A stretch of 38,787 nucleotides of DNA. Source: an uncultured Actinomycetota bacterium. GTDB lineage: Bacteria; Actinomycetota; Humimicrobiia; Humimicrobiales; Humimicrobiaceae. The DNA is taken from assembly GCA_964424685.1 (NCBI GenBank), contig CAYRJH010000005.1:1-38787 (forward strand), in the 5' to 3' direction. Shown here in pieces: positions 6,590 through 15,293 of the stretch. Under the pieces are notes generated by a model, which was given only the letters and a program-made list of their open reading frames with translations, was not told the DNA's origin and searched no databases. Position 1 is the first letter of the stretch, and each line of letters begins with the position of its first letter. The translations under genes were made by a program, and so were the position numbers.

Positions 6590-6685
6590 AACAAATAATT
6601 AGAAAGTAATTCGATGCCAGGTTCTCTATTGCAATAAAAGGTCGACCTGCTCTATAATTTTACACACACAGGAGGACAAGTTCTT

Positions 6686-7999
6686 ATGAAATTAGAGCTA
6701 ATTGTGCCGGCTACCCGGGAAAACTTAATGAATCGAAAGAAGACACCATGCCAGCATCTTGGCCTGGCTCTGGTTGCAGCCTTAACCCCGCCAGAGGTCG
6801 AAGTCTCTTTAACTGATGAGAATGTCACAACTATTGATTACCAGAAGGAAATAGACTTAGTGGGAATAACAGCAATAACTATTACAGCGAAACGCGCCTA
6901 TGAAATCGCCGATACTTTTAGAGCGAAGGGCGTTAAGGTTATCCTGGGGGGCAGCCACCCCAGTGCTCTGCCTGAAGAGGCAAGCCAGCATGCCGATGCT
7001 GTAGTAATCGGAGAAGCCGAAGGAACCTGGAAAAAAGTAATCGAAGATTTTAAGGCAAACAAACTGCAAAAGATTTACAGCCAGCGCAAGCAGCCCAGCT
7101 TGCTCAACTTACCTTTACCCCGCAGAGACTTATTCTTCAATGGAGCGTACCTTTTCCAGAACACAATCTCAACCACCAGAGGCTGCCCCTATGCTTGCTC
7201 CTTCTGCTCTGTTACTTCATTCTTCGGCCATACTTATCGTTGCCGCCCGATAGAGGAGATCCTCAAGGAGATAGAAACATTGGATCGCAAAAAAATCATC
7301 GTTTTCGTTGATGATAATATCGTCGGTAACACCAGGTTCGCTAAAGAGCTTTTCCGCGCCCTTATACCTTACAGAATCAAGTGGATTGCCCAGGCCTCAA
7401 TAACCGTAGCAAGAGATGACGATTTACTAAAACTCGCAGCAGCCAGCGGTTGCATTTTCCTGCTTATTGGTTTTGAGACAATTAACCCCGGCAATCTTGT
7501 AGCACTTGGTAAGAAATTGAATAAGGTGAACGAATATGAAATGGTGATTAAAAAGATCCACTCTTATGGTATTGCTATCCATGGTTTCTTTGTTCTTGGT
7601 TTAGACGAAGACGATGAAGATGTTTTCGAACGAACTATCCATTTTGTCAATAAAACACGAATGGATAGCGCTCAATTTGCCTGGCTCGTGCCGTATCCAG
7701 GAACCGCTTTATTCGAATCTTTGAATAATGCAGGACGGATAATAACCAAAGACTGGTCGCAATATGAATCTAATGTTGTATTCGATCCAAAGCTAATGAC
7801 TCGGGAGATTCTGCAAAAAGGGCGTGACCGAGTCTGGCGCGAAGTATACAGCCTACCCTCTATTTTGAGGAGGTGGAGATTTATGCACCGCCATCCGCTT
7901 TCATTCTGGGTGGTGAATCTTTATTACCGCTCTTTCTGGCTGAGAAAATTCAGAACCAATAGAGCCGGCAAAAAGTCCGAATCTCCAGTTTGCTTCTAA
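6686..7999 (+). CDS. B12-binding-domain radical SAM protein (class B rSAM, substrate unknown)
   Basis: The N-terminal domain is cobalamin-binding-like (LVGITAITITAKRAYEIAD..GVKVILGGSHPS). The radical SAM cluster motif is RGCPYACSFCSV (CxxxCxxC). An AGGAGG RBS precedes the start. Confidence 0.88.
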   Translation: MKLELIVPATRENLMNRKKTPCQHLGLALVAALTPPEVEVSLTDENVTTIDYQKEIDLVGITAITITAKRAYEIADTFRAKGVKVILGGSHPSALPEEASQHADAVVIGEAEGTWKKVIEDFKANKLQKIYSQRKQPSLLNLPLPRRDLFFNGAYLFQNTISTTRGCPYACSFCSVTSFFGHTYRCRPIEEILKEIETLDRKKIIVFVDDNIVGNTRFAKELFRALIPYRIKWIAQASITVARDDDLLKLAAASGCIFLLIGFETINPGNLVALGKKLNKVNEYEMVIKKIHSYGIAIHGFFVLGLDEDDEDVFERTIHFVNKTRMDSAQFAWLVPYPGTALFESLNNAGRIITKDWSQYESNVVFDPKLMTREILQKGRDRVWREVYSLPSILRRWRFMHRHPLSFWVVNLYYRSFWLRKFRTNRAGKKSESPVCF

Positions 8000-8297
8000 A
8001 TTTATTAAAGTTCTGCTTATTAAGCCAGCCTAAAAACAGGGTAAAATCTTTTAAAGTTTGCATAAGTTAAATTATATTGCCCGCTATTGCCACTGCCGTC
8101 TGTTTATTTTAAAAATTTTTTTTATAAAAGAAATAGAAAATTACAGGCAAATAACCGTTTAATACTTATGAATTTTAGAAGCAAATCCTTATGAATTAAA
8201 AATAATTGCTATTACTATTTTTAAAAAAATAGTAAAGTCTTATTATAAATATATTAAAATATTACAAATTTTATATTTTTTACAGAAAGGATGAGTT

Positions 8298-9272
8298 ATG
8301 GAAATTTTTAGCATACTACTGATTATTGCAGGACTGGTACTTCTTATTATCGGAGCAATAAATACTCTCCAGATGATTTTTATCATCGGGATAGTACTGG
8401 CAAGTGTAGGTTTGCTGCTTTTTATTTTTACAGGCTTCAGGACGGTAAGGCCCACTCAAAAAGGCATTATTGAAAGATTTGGGAAATACATAAGAACCAA
8501 GGAGCAGGGACTTACATGGATTATTCCGCTGATTGAAAAGATGTATAGAGTAAATATAACGGAACAAATGATTGACATTCCGCCGCAGATGGTTATAACC
8601 CAGGATAAGCTTAATGCATCAGTTGATGCCGTAGTTTACTACCGTATAAAAGATGTGAAAGCAAGCATTTATAATGTCGATGATCACAGGTCCCAGCTTA
8701 TGAGCCTTGCCAGGACTACACTCCGAGCAGTAATCGGAAATATGACATTAACAGATGCAAATGAAAACAGGGCCTCAATAAATGAAAAAGTTGAACTTGT
8801 CCTCGATAAGGAAACGGACAGCTATGGTGTAGAAGTGCTGCGATGTGAAATCCAGAAAATCGAACCTCCTTCGGATGTTCAGGCTTCAATGAATAATGTT
8901 GTCAAGGCTGAACAGGAAAAAATCGCTGCAAAGGATTATGCAACTGCTACGGAAACAAAGGCTGACGGTGAAAAAAGAGCTGAAATCAAGAAAGCTGAAG
9001 GTATAAAACAGGGCCTGATACTTTCTGCAGAAGGAAAAGGAGAAGCCATCAAGATAGTCGCAAATGCCGAAGCCGACAGGATAAAAATAGTTAATGAAGC
9101 TGCAGATAAATATTTCATTGGTAATGCGCAGGCGCTAAAGAAGCTTGAAACAGTGGAAATCGCCCTTAAAGAAAACGTTAAATTTATCCTGGATTCCGAT
9201 AAGATCACAACAATAGTAACCGATGCTGCGGGTGTTTCGCCGATACCGATGGAAAAAAAGCCGAAGGAATAA
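8298..9272 (+). CDS. SPFH/Band 7 (stomatin/prohibitin-like) membrane protein
   Basis: Two N-terminal hydrophobic helices are followed by an SPFH core (VRPTQKGIIERFGKY...GLTWIIPLIEKM...VDAVVYYRI) and an Ala/Lys/Glu-rich coiled-coil tail. Confidence 0.9.
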   Translation: MEIFSILLIIAGLVLLIIGAINTLQMIFIIGIVLASVGLLLFIFTGFRTVRPTQKGIIERFGKYIRTKEQGLTWIIPLIEKMYRVNITEQMIDIPPQMVITQDKLNASVDAVVYYRIKDVKASIYNVDDHRSQLMSLARTTLRAVIGNMTLTDANENRASINEKVELVLDKETDSYGVEVLRCEIQKIEPPSDVQASMNNVVKAEQEKIAAKDYATATETKADGEKRAEIKKAEGIKQGLILSAEGKGEAIKIVANAEADRIKIVNEAADKYFIGNAQALKKLETVEIALKENVKFILDSDKITTIVTDAAGVSPIPMEKKPKE

Positions 9273-9454
9273 CCTTAAAAATATTTATATATTAAATTTA
9301 TAGCAGTAATGACCTGCATTCAAAAAACAAATGAGGCCAGTGGCTTCTGAGTTGTTAAGCGTACAGAGCGTATACTTTTTTCTATAACCCATTTGTAATA
9401 CTAAAGCTCTGTAAGTATTTTCTTATTCTCTACACTAGATTTCCTTTTTTATCT

Positions 9455-10681
9455 TCATTGCTTTTTATCTGCAATGTCTTTTGCTTTTTGTTCAATAAGA
9501 CCAAGGTCTACTTCACCATAAGTATTTTTAGTTTCTACTGCAGCCCTTGCTACACTTACCGCAACCGCAGGCAAAACCCTCCTGTCAAACGGTTTTGGGA
9601 TAATGTAATCTTCCCTCAGGTCGCCTTCTATTATTTCTGAAATTGCTTTTGCCGCAGCGATTTTCATTTCCCTGTTTATCTCTAAAGCCCCTGCATCAAG
9701 AGCTCCCCTGAATATTCCCGGAAATGCCAGTACATTATTTACCTGATTGGGATAATCACTTCTTCCTGTAGCAATAATTTTCACTCCGCATCTTTTTGCA
9801 AGGCCGGGTTTAATTTCCGGTTCAGGATTAGCCAGAGCAAATACAATCGGACTGGTCTTCATTTTTTTTATCATATCTTCAGTCAACACATCAGCAGTTG
9901 ATACTCCGATAAATATATCGGCATCCTCCAGGGCACAGTAAAGATCGCCCTTTAAATTATTTAAATTCGTAGATTCTGCCAGTTTTCGCTTGGCCGGATT
10001 TAGATTTTCTCTTCCATTGTATATTATCCCGTTTCTATCACAGATGATTATATCGGATACACCGACATAGTTAAGCAGATCTGCAATGGATGTACCGGCT
10101 GCTCCTGCTCCGTTTATAACTATTTTTACATCCTTTATATCTTTCTTGTATATCTTTAGTGCATTGAACAATCCTGCCAGAGTTACAACAGCAGTGCCAT
10201 GCTGGTCGTCATGGAATATAAGCATATTTGTTTCTTCTTTTAACCTCTTTTCAATATCAAAACATCTCGGAGCCGCTATATCCTCAAGATTTATTCCCGC
10301 AAATGATGGCTCCAGCATTTTTATGGTTTTAACTATTGCTTCATTATCCTGGCTGTCTATACATATAGGGAACGCTGATACGCCGCCAAACTGTTTAAAT
10401 AATACACACTTCCCTTCCATAACCGGAAGCGCCGCCCTGGCTCCGATATTCCCAAGCCCCAGGACTGCAGACCCGTCGGTCACTACCGCAATCATATTGC
10501 CTCTGGATGTATATGTATTCAGTTCCCCGGGATTTTTTGCAATTACACGGCATGGTTCCGCAACGCCGGGTGAATAGGCAAGAGACAGGTCGTGTTCATT
10601 TTCGGTTTTCACCTTGCTTATTACATCAATCTTGCCCCTGTTCTTCTTATGCATTTCAAGTGCTTCATCATAAATATTCAA
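9455..10681 (-). CDS. NAD(P)-dependent malic enzyme (short form)
   Basis: Diagnostic motifs are LSLAYSPGVAEPC, VVTDGSAVLGLGNIG, INLEDIAAPRCF, FHDDQHGTAVV and INGAGAAG. Confidence 0.92.
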   Translation of the reverse strand: MNIYDEALEMHKKNRGKIDVISKVKTENEHDLSLAYSPGVAEPCRVIAKNPGELNTYTSRGNMIAVVTDGSAVLGLGNIGARAALPVMEGKCVLFKQFGGVSAFPICIDSQDNEAIVKTIKMLEPSFAGINLEDIAAPRCFDIEKRLKEETNMLIFHDDQHGTAVVTLAGLFNALKIYKKDIKDVKIVINGAGAAGTSIADLLNYVGVSDIIICDRNGIIYNGRENLNPAKRKLAESTNLNNLKGDLYCALEDADIFIGVSTADVLTEDMIKKMKTSPIVFALANPEPEIKPGLAKRCGVKIIATGRSDYPNQVNNVLAFPGIFRGALDAGALEINREMKIAAAKAISEIIEGDLREDYIIPKPFDRRVLPAVAVSVARAAVETKNTYGEVDLGLIEQKAKDIADKKQ

Positions 10682-10903
10682 TTGATCTTCACCTTACATT
10701 CCTTTATTTTTATTAATTACTTTAATTCTAATACTTATTTATATTAATCATACTAGTTTTTATTTTCCCTGGCACTATATTAGCATTAATCTGTAATTAC
10801 TTTCAAAATACAAAAATACCGGGTCTATTATTTTAATATATGCACTCTTTAATATTAAGTTTACAATTTTATTAATTACAAATAATAACATATAATAAAT
10901 TCC

Positions 10904-11656
10904 ATGGAATATTTTGCAGATACGGATATCGGAAAACATAGAGAAAAAAACGAAGATTATTTTTATGCCGGTGGTAATCTTTTTTTGGTGGCTGACGGTA
11001 TGGGAGGACATAGAGCCGGTGAGATAGCAAGTAAACTTGCCATAGAAACTTTCATAAAAGAGTTTAATCTAGAACCGTTAGATGATACAAAAAAAACTTT
11101 AACTGACAAAAAAAACAAAATTTTAACCTCGCGTGAAATAAAAAAGCTTTTAGCTTCCGCTGCCAATAATGCCAACAGAGAAGTATTTAAAAAAGCGGTT
11201 TCACAACCAGAATATTATAGTATGGGGACAACTCTTACCGGAAGTTATATTTACAAAGATAAAGCATATATAATACACATTGGCGACAGCAGACTTTACA
11301 TCAAGAGAAGCAATAAACTTAAATTACTGACTTCGGACCACACCATCGTAGGAGAACTCTTTAGAAGAGGAGAAATAAGCTATGATGCTACATTCAATCA
11401 TCCTCAAAGAAACTACCTTACCAATGTTATCGGTGTAACTGAACATATTGAACCTGATTTTGATTCATATAAAATCTTACCGGAAGATATAATTATTATA
11501 TGCTCCGATGGGCTTAATTCCATGTTAAGAGACAAGGATATCTTTAACATTACCGACAGATATAAACATACTAAGGATATTGTAAAAAATCTTATAAAAG
11601 AAGCAATAAAAAAAGGCGGCCTTGATAATATAACAATTATAGCTATTAAAATTTAA
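10904..11656 (+). CDS. prpC: PP2C-family Ser/Thr protein phosphatase (Stp/PrpC-like)
   Basis: Motifs are DIGKHREKNEDYF, VADGMGGHRAGEIAS, IGDSRLY, SDGL and GGLDNITII. It lies immediately upstream of the kinase gene, with a 5-nt gap. Confidence 0.9.
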   Translation: MEYFADTDIGKHREKNEDYFYAGGNLFLVADGMGGHRAGEIASKLAIETFIKEFNLEPLDDTKKTLTDKKNKILTSREIKKLLASAANNANREVFKKAVSQPEYYSMGTTLTGSYIYKDKAYIIHIGDSRLYIKRSNKLKLLTSDHTIVGELFRRGEISYDATFNHPQRNYLTNVIGVTEHIEPDFDSYKILPEDIIIICSDGLNSMLRDKDIFNITDRYKHTKDIVKNLIKEAIKKGGLDNITIIAIKI

Positions 11657-11661
11657 AACAC

Positions 11662-13491
11662 ATGACTGATAACCACCTTGAAAAATTTAAACTGATATCA
11701 AAAAGATATAAGATTATTAAAAAAATCGCATCAGGAGGAATGGCTGATGTTTTTCTGGGTGATGATTTAAAACTGGATAGAAAAGTAGCAATAAAAATAT
11801 TAGCCTCCAATTACGCAAGCGATAGAAATTTTGTAGCAAGATTTAAAAGCGAAGCTCAAATCCTTGCCAGGCTGAACCATCCCAATATTGTCCAGGTATA
11901 TGACTGGGGAGAATTCAATGGTTTCTATTATATCTGCATGGAATATATCGAAGGAGAAAGCTTAAAAGAAATAATTGAAAAAAAGGGTCCGCTTCCTCCT
12001 GAAACCGCTGCTGATTTTGCCATACAGATCTCAAATGCCCTGCTCACAGCTCACAAAAATAATCTTATCCACCGGGACATCAAACCGCAAAATATACTTA
12101 TAACACCTGAAGGAAAAGTAAAAGTCACAGATTTCGGCATAGCAAAATCTCTCATTACCGATGTTACCAAAACAATAAATATAATGGGAACGGCTCATTA
12201 CATTTCCCCTGAACAGGCAAAAGGAGAAGTCCTTGATCACCGGACTGATATTTATTCCCTCGGAATTGTTATGTATGAAATGCTTACCGGAGATATTCCT
12301 TTTAGGGGAGGGGGTTCAATTGATATCAGTCTTAAACATATAAATGAAAAACCCTTAAAACCTTCAGAATTGATAAAAAATATCCCGGATAAACTTGAAA
12401 AAATAGTTATGCATTGTCTGGAAAAAGATCCTTCCGTACGCTATCCCGGTCTTAGAGAACTTATCAGTGACCTTCAAAAATACGGGACTGAAAAACCTTT
12501 AAGCTTCGCCACGAGAAGACAGAGTTTAGATAAGATGGGCATATTTATGGAAAAAATGAAATCTCCGCTGGTAAGTATACTTGCAGCTATTTTTATGTTT
12601 TTTTTCTTAATCCTATCCATTATTTTCGGTTATAAATATTATAACAACGAACACACTGCCGGCAATATTGTACCGGTACCTTATATTGAGAATATCCCTG
12701 CTGAAAATGCAGAAAAAATATTATTGCTGTTTGACCTTAATTTGAAAATAAGTGGTGAGACTTATAATTCCGAAATCCCCCAGGGATCAATAGTAAGCCA
12801 AAATCCTGAGTCCGGTGAAAATATGCCGGCCGGCAGCGACATCGCTGTTACTGTCAGTAAAGGGCCTGAAATCACTTCAATTTTAACCCCGAATTTAGCA
12901 GGACTGGATTTTGAAGACGCTATAAAATTACTTAAAGAGTATGGGCTGGCAACAGGAGACGTCTCAAGAAAATATTCCAATACTTTTACAGAAAATATTG
13001 TAATAAGCCAGGCGCCGCAATTTAATGAACAGGTCAAACCCGGAGGATCTGTAAATCTGGTTGTAAGTAAAGGTGAAGAAATCATTGTAATCCCTGATAT
13101 TATCGGACAGGATTTTATAACTGCCTTTAATTATCTTCAATCCTTAGGACTTGTTGTAAAAAGCAGTAAAGCTCCGATAATAGAAGGTAATAACATAAAT
13201 GAACCGGGTAAAATTGTAAAGGTAATACCCTCCCCCGGCTCAAAAGTTAAGATTAATAGTTTAGTTGAGCTGGTAATTTCAACTAACGCGCAGCTGGTTT
13301 ATATTCCTGATCTTTTTTCAAAAAACATCGATATTGCCGGAGCCGAACTTGATTCCGCTAATTTAAAATATGAGATTAGTTATATAGAAACAGATTACTC
13401 GGTGCAGAAAGATCTCGTTATGGGCCAGGATCCGGAAGCTCATACCTATGTTTCTCCTGATTCTGTCGTCATTTTATTTGTTGGAAGCTAA
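11662..13491 (+). CDS. prkC: Ser/Thr protein kinase with a transmembrane segment and extracellular PASTA repeats (PknB/PrkC-like)
   Basis: Kinase motifs are GGMADVF, VAIK, HRDIKPQNIL, DFGIA and SPEQ. A TM helix (LVSILAAIFMFFFLILSIIFGY) follows, then about four PASTA-like repeats. Confidence 0.92.
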   Translation: MTDNHLEKFKLISKRYKIIKKIASGGMADVFLGDDLKLDRKVAIKILASNYASDRNFVARFKSEAQILARLNHPNIVQVYDWGEFNGFYYICMEYIEGESLKEIIEKKGPLPPETAADFAIQISNALLTAHKNNLIHRDIKPQNILITPEGKVKVTDFGIAKSLITDVTKTINIMGTAHYISPEQAKGEVLDHRTDIYSLGIVMYEMLTGDIPFRGGGSIDISLKHINEKPLKPSELIKNIPDKLEKIVMHCLEKDPSVRYPGLRELISDLQKYGTEKPLSFATRRQSLDKMGIFMEKMKSPLVSILAAIFMFFFLILSIIFGYKYYNNEHTAGNIVPVPYIENIPAENAEKILLLFDLNLKISGETYNSEIPQGSIVSQNPESGENMPAGSDIAVTVSKGPEITSILTPNLAGLDFEDAIKLLKEYGLATGDVSRKYSNTFTENIVISQAPQFNEQVKPGGSVNLVVSKGEEIIVIPDIIGQDFITAFNYLQSLGLVVKSSKAPIIEGNNINEPGKIVKVIPSPGSKVKINSLVELVISTNAQLVYIPDLFSKNIDIAGAELDSANLKYEISYIETDYSVQKDLVMGQDPEAHTYVSPDSVVILFVGS

Positions 13492-13496
13492 ATTTA

Positions 13497-14471
13497 TTAT
13501 CCGGTATTAAAAACTCCCATTGACTCAAACTTTTGAGCTCTTGCAGATTTTAACTCTTCTCCCGGAACATGCTCATATTTTTGCAGTGCATTTATAATAT
13601 ATCTTTTTACTATTTTAACCATTCTTTCAGGGGCATTCTGAGCTCCGCCCAGCGGTTCGGGAATAATCCTGTCTATTACTTTAAGTCTGATAAGATCCCT
13701 TGAAGTAAGCTTCAGTTCTCTTGCGGCTAATTTGGTTCCGGAAGGATTTTTCCATAAAATTGCCGCACAACCCTCAGGGGAAATAACAGAATAAGTTGAA
13801 TTCTCAAGCATAAAAACTTCATTGCCGACAGCCAGTGCCAGCGCTCCACCGCTCCCGCCTTCACCTATCAGGATAGAAATAACCGGAGTTTTAACTTCAA
13901 ACATTACTGAAATACTTTTTGCAATGGCGCCTGCCTGGCCGTTATCTTCGGCTTCAATAGCGGGATATGCGCCCGGGGTATCTATAAATGTTATTATCGG
14001 AAATCCAAATCTGTCAGCCAGTCTCATAATCCGCTGCGATTTCCTGTATCCCTGCGGTACGCTCATACCAAAGTTATACTCCATCCTCTCCTTTATATCC
14101 CTGCCTTTATTATGCCCTATGACAGCGACAGTTTTACCATTGATTTTCCCAAGCCCTGCTATGATTGACCTGTCTTCATTACCCAGTCTGTCACCGCAAA
14201 GAGTAATAAAATCATCAAAGATGCCGCTTATATAATCCTTACACTGCGGCCGTTTTTCATTTCTGGAAAGCTCTACGATTTTCCAAACTCTCCTGGCATC
14301 TTTTTCCACCCTTTTATAACTTTCTATTTTCTGAGCCAGGTCTCTTTCAGCATCCTTGAAGTGTATGCCAGTAAAAAAGGGGATTTTTTTTAATTTCTCA
14401 AGCTTGGAAAGCGACCCTAAAATCTCTTTAAGATAACTTTTTGGAATTTCTTCCAGTTTTTTTAAATCCAT
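13497..14471 (-). CDS. accA: Acetyl-CoA carboxylase carboxyltransferase subunit alpha
   Basis: Motifs are GDRLGNEDRSIIAGLG, NFGMSVPQGYRK, ITFIDTPGAYPAIEAEDNGQA and GEGGSGGALA. Confidence 0.93.
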   Translation of the reverse strand: MDLKKLEEIPKSYLKEILGSLSKLEKLKKIPFFTGIHFKDAERDLAQKIESYKRVEKDARRVWKIVELSRNEKRPQCKDYISGIFDDFITLCGDRLGNEDRSIIAGLGKINGKTVAVIGHNKGRDIKERMEYNFGMSVPQGYRKSQRIMRLADRFGFPIITFIDTPGAYPAIEAEDNGQAGAIAKSISVMFEVKTPVISILIGEGGSGGALALAVGNEVFMLENSTYSVISPEGCAAILWKNPSGTKLAARELKLTSRDLIRLKVIDRIIPEPLGGAQNAPERMVKIVKRYIINALQKYEHVPGEELKSARAQKFESMGVFNTG

Positions 14472-14505
14472 ATTACCGCTCGAATATCCCTTAATATTTT
14501 TTATA

Positions 14506-15288
14506 TTATTTAAATAATTTTAATATATTAGCCAGGGTTTTTTTCAAATCGCTTCTGTTTACAATCATATCTATCTGGCCATTTTTTAAATTCCTCTCCG
14601 CAGAACCAAAATCAGGAGGCGGGTTCTTCTTTATAGTCTGCTTTATAACCCTGGGACCTGCAAAACAGAAAAGCGAATTCGGTTCCGCTATTATTATGTC
14701 TGCCAGAGTAGCAAAACTGGCACTTACACCACCGGAAGTAGGGTCTGTAATTACAGATATATACGGAATTTTGTTTTCCTTAACCCTGTTTACGCTTGAC
14801 ACTGTTTTCGCCATTTGCATTAAAGACATAACACCCTCCTGCATTCTGGCACCTCCGGAAGTACAGAATATAACCAGAGGAATGTTTTTCTCTATGCTGT
14901 GACCGGATAGAACCTTTATCTTTTCTCCTACTGCACTTCCCATGCTTCCGCCCATAAAACCAAAATCCATAATGCCAAGAGCCAGGTAATTCCCATCTAT
15001 CTGTGCCTCACCAACCATAATTGCTTCGTCCATACTGGTTTTTAATTTAGCTTCTCTAAGTTTTACACTGTATGCTTTGACATCATAAAAATTCAAGAAA
15101 TCAACTGAATTAATATTTTTACCCAGCTCAATGAAACTGTTATCATCTGCAGTAATCTGCAATCTATCTCTCGCATTAATACAGTGATGATAATTGCAAT
15201 AGGGACAGACCCAAAGATTCACTATAAAAATGTCATTTTCGATATCTTTATTGCAATTCTTGCATTTAATCTTTTCCATATTTTCCAT
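14506..15288 (-). CDS. accD: Acetyl-CoA carboxylase carboxyltransferase subunit beta
   Basis: It has an N-terminal Zn-ribbon (CKNCNKD...CPYCNYH), followed by GFMGGSMGSAVGEK and SGGARMQEG. Confidence 0.93.
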   Translation of the reverse strand: MENMEKIKCKNCNKDIENDIFIVNLWVCPYCNYHHCINARDRLQITADDNSFIELGKNINSVDFLNFYDVKAYSVKLREAKLKTSMDEAIMVGEAQIDGNYLALGIMDFGFMGGSMGSAVGEKIKVLSGHSIEKNIPLVIFCTSGGARMQEGVMSLMQMAKTVSSVNRVKENKIPYISVITDPTSGGVSASFATLADIIIAEPNSLFCFAGPRVIKQTIKKNPPPDFGSAERNLKNGQIDMIVNRSDLKKTLANILKLFK

Positions 15289-15293
15289 AGTAT

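Noticed and set aside
8212-8235. 24-bp perfect AT-only palindrome TTACTATTTTTAAAAAAATAGTAA upstream of the SPFH gene, and the direct repeat CTTATGAATT x2 at 8164-8198
   Set aside because: This is low-complexity A/T sequence in a 298-bp AT-rich spacer. Such palindromes arise easily by chance, and there is no supporting context.
10086-10577. Long antisense ORFs inside housekeeping genes (10086-10577 +, 13822-14235 +, 15952-16353 +, 17068-17439 +, 20661-21113 +, 22355-22717 +, 23321-23788 +, 24667-25140 +, 28497-28928 -, 29576-29983 +, 12762-13085 -)
   Set aside because: Each is fully embedded opposite a gene with unambiguous family motifs. The Ser/Pro/Ala/Leu-rich translations are typical of reverse-frame artefacts.
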